Of a stretch of 64,000 nt of DNA, positions 53,350 through 64,000 are shown one piece after another. How positions within the stretch are numbered: the stretch's first letter is position 1; each line of letters starts with the position of its first letter. Where the stretch lies: positions 7,192,001-7,256,000 of the forward strand of contig CM060733.1 in assembly GCA_030704615.1 (NCBI GenBank). The letters are read 5' to 3'. Source of the DNA: Takakia lepidozioides. Taxonomy: Eukaryota; Plantae; Bryophyta. A program made the position numbers and the translations under genes. The notes under the pieces are model-generated. The model worked only from the letters and a program-made list of their open reading frames with translations. It made no database searches and had not been told where the DNA came from.

Positions 53350-54950
53350 CTATGTGATCCCTTCTGAATCTTCAATTATAAAGAATATTTTTCTTAGAAT
53401 AATAAGTACCCAACATCAGTTGGGGGAAATTTTGAAGGTCAAAAAAGGAGAGACGATTGGAGCGACCAATAGGGATGTAGGAGAAGGTGCAGTAGAGCGA
53501 AGCAGGAGGGTGATGGGATCCACGTCAGGTGCCCATTGTGGGAATGTACACACCTATTCCCAACTGGCACGAATCAGCCCTCTAGATGTCAGGGAAGGCG
53601 AGAGAGACGGCAGGGCCCCGCCGCCCTGAGAGGATATATAATGGAGGGTCTAGGCCTCTCCGCTCCAACTTACTACTAACTAATCTGCACCGAAAGCCTC
53701 CTAAAAAGCAAAAATATGAAACAGGTACCATAAGAAAGTTATATGCTAGCTCAAATAAGTATCTAGAATATGCTGGTGTTATTGTCCCTCACTAAGAAAA
53801 AAAGTACGACGGCTCCCCCCAAAGGGAGCGCAAGTTATGGTGGTGTCACTTCACCACAAGGGCTACTACCTTCCAGCTGAAAGGTGGACACCTTCATGAC
53901 ACACCAGACCGTGGTTTACCACATCCAACATGGTATGTGCCCATTACCATTGGGCTACATGCTGGTCCCTCACTATATATATATGACGCCAACCGAAGCA
54001 TGCGTAAATACCTTGCGGGTACTGCCCCTTTCAGGGGTGGGTTCTATCCGCATCAGAACCTGTCACATAGTAGTTGGCTAGCTGAATGTGAGGTATAATT
54101 TAGTCCACCTTGTCTCGAGAAAGCCTGATTTGTAGTGATGTATTGGAATCCATGGGCTTGAGTAAAGGTGGCCCATTCGAGGTCTTTTAGAGAGGGGGGA
54201 AAACGTGCTCCACCAAGTAATCTGCCTAGCATAGAGAGGTCTATGTTGAAGTCACCTGCAAGGAGGATTGCAGGTGAGAAGTTAAGTGGGTCGTTGGCAA
54301 AGGTCGAAATTTGTTGTAAGATATCGGAGATAAGTGTTGTATCGTACGGGTATGATGACATATATGCGGATGTGTATTTCAACTATTTAATTGGAGGTGA
54401 GTTTTGAGGTATGCGGGAATGCAAGCATTTATAGTAGTTTAAGGTGAGTGCATAGATTTGTGTATATCAATTGTTACGCCTCCACGGGCCGGCTAATTCG
54501 GTAAAGAACGACGTCTATTGTATTTTTCTAGAGATGGGAGGCTTCCATAGATGATGTGGTGGTCGTGCAGTATTATGTTGATATATATGTTGGGCAAGTG
54601 TGAGTGGAGTTTGATTTCTTGTAGCAAAATAATATGGGGAGGGTTTGGATTTTGGAGAATAAGCGACAAGGTTAAATCAACATTCCATGTGAGGCATGGT
54701 TGGTCTAGCATGTTATATCGGTTGGAGGAGGCCGGTGGTATTGACTGTTGAGGCTCAATGGGGGCTTCACAGGTACGCTGTGGTGAATGGTTGGGTAGGT
54801 ATGTTAGGGTATTTAACGTGGTAGACAAGATCTCTTGTGGTTCCTAAGAACCTAACTGATCTGAAATTTGCCTTATAGTTGGATCCGGCTGGTATAGGTT
54901 TGGATAAGAACTAAGAACCTTGCGAGGTAGAGGATAGACGGGTTGCTCGA
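53350..54950 (-). mobile_element. Degenerate LINE fragment (APE endonuclease remnants)
   Basis: CLTWNV, HIILLQEIKL, SAYM, ILLAGDFN motifs in the minus ORFs 54493-54828 and 54053-54382. Boundaries are approximate. Confidence 0.7.
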
Positions 54951-56499
54951 ATCCTGGGATTGATGTCGAGATTACCAGCATGCAAAAGAAGGTTTTAGGA
55001 CTGTACATATACTATATCAGTAAGGAAAAACATCCATCAATTTTATTGGCTTCATGCCACTCTTTTTCATTTTATCCTCCTCCTTCTTCCTCTTTGGTAA
55101 ACTTTTCTATCCAAACCGCTAATCTACTCAAAATAATAAACTCTTTGCGTTAAAAACAAATCACGTGCATAATCATCATTGGGCGGCCCATTGAATCCTA
55201 CCATTTTAACAATCAAAACAATTTGATATTAATTATTTAATGCATGAATAACTATGAGAATAATTGTGTAATAAAATAATAGCTATTGAGATATGTCGGA
55301 CATTGGACATTGCATGTGGTATTTCGGATGGTTTTCGAAGAAAAAATGGTTGTTGGATTCATACATGTTTACCTTCATTTTGTCACGTTTTATTGAGAAT
55401 CGCAAGGTGGTTGTAAGGCTCTCGACTTTTATTCATATCAATAAGTACTATTGACATATCAAGTAAATGATCAATGATGAATGTTTTGCTACGCAAATTT
55501 GGTTTGATTGCAACTCAAACCAGGGTATTTGCAGGATTGGGTGTCTCAGTTTTTGCGTAACATGGCAGTTTTTGCAGTGACCTCCCTCCATGATTTTACC
55601 CATATTTGTCCAACAACTCAATATTTCATCTAAAATTTATGTGGTGTGGGGTTTCTAACTGCAAAAGTTATGTGTACCAATTGTTAGATTGCAAAAACAA
55701 TCATGTACGAGAGAGTCGTGGACTTTTAAAGTTGATTACTGTGGAGTGCAGATGTTACACATAAAATCTTTTGGACTGAAAAAACATCATGTACACTCAT
55801 ACAATGGCACAAAAGAAAACACACTAGGGGTGCCATTTTTAAATCCAACCCAAATCCATTTTTATATGGACTAGTTATCTTAGGGATTGAGAGCTATGGA
55901 CTATTTTGCACCTAAAAACAGGTTGATTTGCTCTAGTCCATAGCAACTTATGTTTTGGGTTTTTGAGGTGTTGTCTTTTACTAAAAAGACATACAAACCT
56001 ATAATCTAGAGGTGCCAGCTGGTATATGGACAAGTGGTTGTAAACTCTAGATTTTGATATCCAAATATTTTTTCACATTAACGATTAAAATATCTAGTAA
56101 AAATATTATCAATATTTGAGGAGGGACTCTTTACTAAAAATGTTATGTATACTACTACCTATTTTTATAAGAATAAACTGAAAGCAATAGACTCAAAAAA
56201 ACAAAATTCCATGGACTTCCAATGGACTCAACATGTGCCGCTTTTGATCCACCCAATCCTGCAACTGCCCACCAACGAGCAATTTCTACAATAGTCTGGA
56301 CCCACTACCAAAGTTGCAACCACAAGTGTGAGGCACCACGGATTTGCAAACTCAAAGAGTGAATGCAAATGGTGCACCTATACACCATGCTTTGCAAAAT
56401 TTCTACAACACTAGTGTCCGCAACAAGGCCGGCCGAAATGAAAACTCTATTGCAACTTGCTGATAATGATCTGGAGATAGACCATAAAATGGACAAGAG

Positions 56500-57000
56500 G
56501 GAAACTTTCGCAATGTTTGTTGAACCATGTCATACACCCATACTTGTAGACATGTTATACATGGATTACTTTGATATACCCAGCTTATTATGACCAGTTG
56601 GTTACCTGTTACCACTCCACATATTGGATTCGCCCACGGATAACCACCTATGCTTGGGAAATGGATTCCCCGTTTTTTGGGCCCAAAATGTGGCTGGTGG
56701 AAATTTCTGGTCTATGACAACATCACGATATCATCACCACTAAAAATCTCCAATTGGAAGCCATCCCTATGCTGGATAACACATGGTTTCAAGCTCAAAT
56801 TGGTGGGCTCCAATCTCTGGAATAACATCTGACAGGCCTGGGGTAGGCTTCGTTAGTTTCTGAAAAAAAATCCCACAACTTCTTACTATGAAACTCTCAG
56901 GCAACATCTTTTCCTCAATACCAACACACCAAGCAGCCAACAAAAAACCCACGCTAAACGCTTGTATGCTTGGGACTCCTCCGGAATCAGCCAAGTCAAC
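56500..57000 (+). mobile_element. Degenerate LINE ORF2 post-RT fragment
   Basis: MLGKWIPRFLGPKCGWWKFLV...GSNLWNNI resembles the L1 LxKWxxR...W region. Stops are present. Confidence 0.5.
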
Positions 57001-58009
57001 AATATTTGGTTCTTAGACGTCCTTAGAAGCATTGAATCGTGGTGGGCAGATCAAGGGCAACGCATGGCTATCAGGATTTGATTCAGAGCTTACCTCATCA
57101 GTGGCTAGCGACCCTACGCTAGGGCCCACAACAATCTTCCTCGAATTACTTCTTAATGGCCAACTTACTATCATTTTTGTTCAAGAATCTACTCAAAGCA
57201 ACCATGTCATTTTTCCATTCAGCATTGACACTACATCATTAACCCTCACCCTCCTCTCTCGAAACCCTATAAATATCCCTCCAAACACTCTTACCCGTGT
57301 TAGAATCACTACAAGAGATGAGCGTTTTTAGGACTACGGCTTTGGCGGAGTCATAAAAACTGCACTAGGTAGACGACTATAGAGCGCTGAAATGCGTTGC
57401 AGTCATAGTTTTATGACTATGTAGTAATGGATATCACTACATGACTCCGGAAAGTTAGGGAGCATTGGTCAAACATTGTTGACCACGATGACAGGGATGG
57501 TTTATATGACTAGTGTGATAGGTTTGACTACACGTGGACGACATTTCATGGAAACTTTTGACTCCATGACTGAAGATGCTTTCACAGCTCTAATTATACG
57601 ACTACATCGCTACACGTGTCATTTTGAAGGCAAATACACGAATGTATTCATCCATTGGATGAGTTCATCTACAACATGACATGGCATGTGACTTATGACT
57701 GCAGATTGTTTCATAACTCCATATATATGAGTCAATCACTACACGTGGCATTTTAAAGGCATTTATATGACTTTATTACTACACGTGTCATTTTGAAGGT
57801 ATATACATGAATGGATCCATCCATTGGATGAACTCATCCATCCATGTTTGCCGAAATCGTATCAGCTTAGTACATGTGTTAGTTTCTTATTGGTTTGATA
57901 TAGCTCAAGCATTTTGTAGTTACCATAGAGCACTAAGTCGCAATATTCTTCATTGAGTCTGTAAAGTGAGAGTCTACAGAGGATGCCGTTTGGAATGTGG
58001 AGTTTGCAG

Positions 58010-58200
58010 AGAGGGGGTGTGCGACAATAGGGCTGAACGATGTGTCGTGTCTTCAAATGCGATGATTGCATGATAGCCAGGTGATCCTATCCCAGGCGAC
58101 AACTGCATCTACTTGAAGGAATTCGGAACACTACCTTCATGGGCATGTATGGAAGCATCGACGATACAAATGGGAAGGGAGAGTTCGATAGTATGGACAA
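58010..58200 (+). pseudogene. PPR gene fragment inside the CACTA element
   Basis: Translates GVCDNRAERCVVSSNAMIA* (compare VFDNMAERDVVSWNAMIA) and MYGSIDD...FDSM. Confidence 0.6.
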
Positions 58201-58609
58201 AGGTTATCTGGTGTCAAATTGGTAAGTTATAATCGAAACTCTCAAATATCTGCTGCCAAGTCTACATCTCTTCCATTAACAGTTATAACCAATCACCATC
58301 ATGAAGCTACAGGCCCGATGCAAAATCCCAATCAGAACCTGCATCTTCTTCCCTCTTTTTGTCCTTATTTCGCTGTCAATCCCTTCATTCTATCTGGAAG
58401 GTTCCAGAGGGAACTTCACATTTCCCCTCATGATCTTGATTTCGGGATTTTTTTTTTAATGCAACGCTGTTAGGATATGGCCAGCATTGTTGTCATCACA
58501 GGTTGGCCGGTCATATAAGGGAAGATATTACAAAAGAAAGGTTGAAGCTGGCCGCCAGTATATGTGTTCTCTCTACGAATTGCCAAACTGGCTTATTTGA
58601 TGAAGGAAG

Positions 58610-59019
58610 AAGAATGTGCTGGGTCGCAATGTCCTCACTAACTTTTAGGTTAGTCTCATCCTAGGTGGGCGCAGTGCTGCTTCTAGTATGGGGCTCTTAT
58701 CACTTGGTACATCATAGCGAAATTGAAGTGCTTATTCTCAGGTAAATTTGTGCATTTTGACACTCTACAGTGAGCTTCTTTTGTTGTCAGGGTTAAAGGC
58801 CGTGTTGTAATTTGACTTGGGATTGGTGCAGGGAATAAATTTCACCATAGACAAGTTGATGGAGGCTGGTGCGGAAATGGTAGAGTCTGATAGAGTCACA
58901 TGTTGATGCGAAAACAACAGACAATTACATGTTGCGGATTTTCTGCATTGGCTTCACAAAGAAGATGCCCAACCACATTAAGCGCACTTGCTATGCACAA
59001 TTTCAACAATGTCAGACAG
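58610..59019 (+). pseudogene. RPS3A: 40S ribosomal protein S3a (eS1) fragment with retained intron, inside the CACTA element
   Basis: GRNVLTNF*, then |gt intron ag| (58649-58831), then [53 protein letters not shown], which matches eS1. Confidence 0.9.
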
Positions 59020-60504
59020 GTTGTACAAGACTCTTTGACAAAATGATGCAATTCTTAGAAGTTGAATGGTAGACTCTGAAAGAAATTGAACCTCAAGTAC
59101 ATCAGCCAATAGTTTTTGGGAATGATGAAGGCAATTGATCTGGTCTCTATTGTCCATTTCTGAGGTTCATGTGTGAGTGGGAAAAAATAAATAAATAAAT
59201 AAAAAATAAAAAATCCATAGAACATGACGGTTGCAATGGTGGTTGCTTGTCAGGAACACTGCAAAACTTTGTATGGTGCAGCCAGTATTTCCATGCAGGG
59301 CCTTCACCAGTTTGACGAGATGCAGCCTGATGTAAGTAGTGTTACCATGTCTCGGCCCCTTCACACAAATTGATGACCTCACTTGATGACATTGTGTGAT
59401 GACCTCACTTTGCTGCATATCTATTATGTGCAGATTTAATCCTTTCTCACTGTCCTCACTGAGCCTAAAAAAAACTAAGTTTCTCATCTCTGTTTCCTTG
59501 ATATTGTTGCTGCATATCTCCATTTTGGGTGCCACCTTCATGCAAGCCATATGCAAGGTAGTCATAAACCAGTCTCCACCAGTCTCTTCATTTCTGACCT
59601 GGTTTTATTGTCTTTATCCGCAGATACTTGAGCAAGAGATGGGAGCCAGTCAAGGGTACCACTGCTCTCTTGACCATCTGAGAACACAAGCATGCTGCCA
59701 CTTTGTTGCTCATCCTTAGATTTCTCCAAAGTGTGTTCATTTTGCTGCAAGACTTCCTTGCCCATACTTTTTGTCATTGGGGTAGCAAGAGCTTCAGCTG
59801 AATCAACTTCTTGTCTTAGTGTACCATTGCTATCAAGTGGAACATGACCACTTTTCATCCCTTGTTTGATAATTTATTTCCTCCAGGTTACTATGTCCAT
59901 TCGCTGTACTGTAAGAGAGACAGTTCTCTATGGCACTGCCTGCTACTTCAGACAGAAGCCTGCTTGCAACACAATTGGGAAAAGACAAATCTTTGTCACT
60001 GGGAAGGTTACAGCTTCTTGTTGTGACTGGTGCTGAGAGTTCTGCCCCAACATCAAGGGCAGACAGAGGCTCAACAACTGAGGGAGGCACATGAACACCA
60101 AGAGCTTGTCCCATACATGGGATGCATTTATACGAGCCTGATAATCAAAATTCAGTTTCATTTTTACTGTCTAGCCATCTTGTAACTTCGTTGTCTGGTT
60201 GTTCACATTGCTTCAGCATCATGTTTGGCTCAACCTTGGACTCACTCTGACTAAATCGCCCATCTTTCCGTAGTGAAATAGAAGTAGACTCATTGAGGTC
60301 TAATGTCAGTGGTGCATCCGAATCCATGGCAAGAAAATATTGTAGGCAGATGCCATGGCAATGGTAGTTGCACTTGTTGGTCCAAAGCCAATTGCAACAA
60401 CAAATGAATAAAGGGTGCTGAAAGGAAAGCACTCCACAATTGATCATAAAATCCACTGTCCAAGCATGATATCTTAATGGGAATGCGAAGGGAGTTTTAC
60501 CACC

Positions 60505-63500
60505 TTAAGCTATCATGCGTAGTCTATAACTGGAGTGCACAAATCTAGCACATCTATTCCCATCATCCTCAACTATGTCTGGGTCACTGCATGTATTACT
60601 GTCTTCATCACAGACATCATCTTGTCCAAGGGTTGGCTGAACTTCATCACCACTACTACTGGGTGCTCGGAGGTACAAGGAGGCCACCTGCTGTGGAGTA
60701 ACCGGTACCGCTCGGCTGCGTGTTGGGCCATCAGTTACCAGAGTCTCCTCTAGTCTTTGTGGGGCTAACAATCCTTCCACTTCCGCCACATCATCATTAG
60801 CAATTGATATGTCGCAGACCACTCTACGTGCTCGGGGGCTCTTCTCCAGGATGACCTTCCACCCCAGCTCCTTCACACAATCAGAAAAAAACACTTGATC
60901 AACCTGGCCAGGAAACACAAAAGGTTGCTCAGAAGGTGGAAGCATATGGTTAAAATTGACCAGTGTGAAGCCAGCATCATCCTGCTTCATTGACATAGGT
61001 TGACGACCCATGCGACGCGCCCGTACCCACGAACACAAAAACACTATAGGTTGTGTTTGGCCATAGTCAATTTGCAAAATCTCCCTTATAAGACCCACAT
61101 ATCTTGTAGGTTCCTCCATGTCATTGCCTGAATTGTTGGTAATGGACTGGTGCTAGAAAACAGATGAGACTCCATAATCAAAAGACACCATACTTGTTGT
61201 GTTCATGCCGGGGGGTATAGCCCTGTAATGGTTACCATACGCTGTCATACTCTTGAATGACAGGGCAGTTAATGATGGAGGCCTTGAAAAATCCAGTAAT
61301 TCCTCACGTGTTGTAGGATCAAGCCCATCTGATTGAGTTGAGATATGATCCCGTACACCTTGAGGGAGCCAAACAGCAAATGGAGGACATGGATGCAAAT
61401 CAGGAGGGTACTGAATTGTCGTGGGATTGATCATGCCTTCCAACCCTTGCTCCTCACGAAACAAGCGTCGTTTGGCTTCTATCCGTGTGGACTCCGCTTC
61501 ATATATCCTGTCACAATCCGAGGGTCAGCCAGGAGATTGACAGAGGTGGTGTGGGAGATATGAAAAGACACCATATGCCAACTACTGAGAAATGACTAAA
61601 ACTTGGAAATCTGAATGTCAATGGTGTAGATTTCTTACCCCAACATGACTGATAGGCGAGGATGGTTCTGAATGATGTACTCATGTACAATATCACGCAA
61701 GTCATTCAATTTCCGGGCTTTAGAACTTCCTTCCACAACTTCACGTTCCACAAATTCTCCCTCATCTGCATCCCACACCCTTCGTACACTTCCATCAAAT
61801 CCTGCCATATACTCTGTGCAAAAACCCTATGCTTCTTCAAATTGGTATCCTTCTGCCATGCTCCCCTCGGGCCTTGCCATGTTTCTTACGTAGTCCTTCA
61901 TATCTTTCATTGTCCGCTCCATGGGGTACATCCAACGAGATGCTACGGGCCCACATAAGTACAACTCGTCTACTAGGTGGACAACCAGATGTGTCATCAC
62001 ATCAAAAAATGATGGTGGGAACTCCTTCTCTATAAGACACAGAGTGACAACTGCTTCAGTTCTCAATTCCTCATACTCTGTATGATTCACCACTTTTGCA
62101 CACAATTTCTTGAATACACGACATATTCGCAAAATGGCCCTGCGAGGACCACTTGCCATGAGCCCACGGATAGCAAGCGGTATAATTTGCTGCATGAGCA
62201 CATGATAGTCATGTGATTTCATGCCAGACAATTTCTTCTTCACCACATGCTTTTTGAAAGCTGATGCGTAGCCTGTTGGCACTTTCAGGTTCTGCACAAT
62301 CTCCAGAAAGACTTCTAACTCAGCCTCAGTGAGGACATAAGGGGCAGGAGACATAATTAACGTATCTGCTTTGTCATGATCACGTTGTAGCCACAATTCC
62401 GGGCACATCCCAAGTAGCTCCAAATCACGGCGAACTTTCAATGTGTCTCTCTCACCAAAGATCGTTTTAATAATATTTTCAGCCAAGTTCTTCTCGCAAT
62501 GCATTGCATCAAACGTGTGGCGGATGAGGAGGCCCTACAAAATCAACGCATAAGCAATTGAGCATTTAATCATTACAATTTCAATAGAAAACGCAAAAAT
62601 GTACACAGCCAATTTAAATGCCATGAAGGAATTACCTCCCAATAAGGTAAGACATATAAAATTGAGAATCGCTTAACTCCATGAGTTTTTGCTAGGTCTG
62701 TCCTGCTATCTGGTATCCCTCCGTTTTCTACCCATGCAGTGCGAGCTGTTGCAAGCTCCTTGATTTGTGTTCCAGTCTGCGTTTTTGGAGGAGTTCCATG
62801 CTTAGTAGTGCCATTGAACATTCTTGACCTTCTGTATGTATGATTGCGGGCCAAAAATCTTCGGTGGCCTAGGAAAACAGTCTTCCCACATGTGTGTAAT
62901 TGCTGTGAAGTCACCTCGGGTCCACAAGCTGGACAACCAGCATAACCTTTCGTCACTTGACCTGAGAGCAAGCCATATGCAGGGTAGTCATGGATTGACC
63001 ACATCAACAGTGCCATCAATGTGAATTCGCGTTGACCACGAGGACGGGAAACATCATGAGCTACAATCCCAGACCATAGTTCCAGTAGCTCTTCCACTAG
63101 GGGCATCAAGTAAACATCTATGTTCTTAGAGGTAACAGACTCCTTTCCAGGAATCAATAGTGCTAACATGACAAAGAACTTCTTGGTCATTAACCATGGA
63201 GGCAGATTGTAATTGACCAAGAGAACGGGCCATGTGCTCCAACTGGTGGATTGAGCTCCGTAGCGATTTACACCGTCAAGGGCCAATGCAAATCGTACAG
63301 ATCGTGGCTCTGTAGCAAAATCTGGAAATGTCGTGTCAATGTGTTTCAATGCTTTGCTATCAGCTGGATGTTGAACTAACCCATCTTGGCTCTTATGTCT
63401 GTCGTGCCATGTCATTAACTCTGCGATCGACTTACATCTGTACATACGTTTCAACCTTGGAATGACAGGGAAGTGTCGCAATACTTTTCTGGGCACAGTT

Positions 63501-63999
63501 CCACGACCAGGAATGTAACGGGACTTGTGGCATACTAGGCAAATGGTTGCCTTCTCATACTCCGCACGGAAGAGTACACAACCATCATCACAGGCATGAA
63601 TCATCTTGTATTACAATCCCATTTTGGCAATCATGGTTTTTGCTTCATAGTGAGTTTTCGGCAATGAATTCTTGGCCGGCAGAAAACTCTTACGCAACAA
63701 TCCCAGTAGCTCATCCACAAATGCATTGGTGCATTTGTGGGTAGTGCATGCGTTGAGCAATGTCAAAGTTGCTTGCAGCCGGCTGATTGAGCACCCTTCG
63801 TAAAGTGGACATTTCGACTGTCGGATGAGTTTGTCATACTCATGATCAACGTGCAAATGAGCATTCTCATCGAATTCATCTTGAACATTATCTGGATTTT
63901 GAAAATTGTCTCCATTGTCTCTGGAATCGTCAATGTGGTCGACATGATCGGATCCAATGTGATCGGTTCCACCATGAATGGGGTCTTATCTGTTTGCAT
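60505..63999 (-). pseudogene. CACTA TnpD/Tnp2-type transposase (Transposase_21 and DUF4218-like regions), interrupted by stops
   Basis: PLYEGC, IHACDDGCVLF, PRKVLRHFPVIPRLKRMY, HPADS, ALDGVN, STWPV, IDVYLMPLVEELLELW, HDYPAYG, MHCEKN, GMKSHDYHVLMQ, FPPSFFDVMTHL, RWMYPMER, PEGSMAEGY, QPFVFPGQVDQVFF. Confidence 0.93.
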
Positions 64000-64000
64000 C

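Larger units (their letters stand above)
57307..64000 (-). mobile_element. CACTA (En/Spm) transposon; one end at 57307, continuing beyond the window
   Basis: Terminal CACTACAAGA at 57307, (AT)GACTAC subterminal repeats to ~57800, and transposase ORFs at 60505-63999. Confidence 0.88.

Noticed and set aside
55000-56300. AT-rich stretch that may be a DNA transposon remnant
   Set aside because: TIRs, a TSD or coding motifs could not be defined by eye.

Overview
Eukaryotic nuclear DNA with GT-AG introns, microsatellites and abundant TE debris. It is most likely from a seed-free land plant (bryophyte, lycophyte or fern): it carries PLS/DYW editing-type PPRs and a relic exon of an axonemal dynein heavy chain. 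Five apparently intact host genes: (1) a PLS-E-DYW PPR RNA-editing factor (-); (2) a multi-exon LRR receptor kinase with a Cys-rich/SEA-like juxtamembrane ectodomain (-); (3) PEX2 (-); (4) a plastid membrane protein resembling Arabidopsis At2g44870 (+), head-to-head with PEX2; (5) the 26S proteasome ATPase RPT5 (+). The first 10 kb is a patchwork of a PPR pseudogene, a dynein exon, scrambled LINE fragments and a TACCCT-rich hAT-like element. 40-48 kb is a LINE cluster holding a clean hAT MITE and a possible ORF1-only LINE derivative. 57.3-64 kb is one end of a CACTA transposon carrying captured RPS3a and PPR fragments. I see no clearly new enzymatic system. The best leads are a ~60-nt GA-tract-associated retroposon-like element in at least 5 copies, the ORF1-only LINE sharing an ORF2 C-terminal motif, the receptor architecture, a probable unannotated first exon and a predicted target for the DYW protein, and the Pack-CACTA captures. 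All family assignments come from motif recognition by eye, and exon boundaries are approximate.
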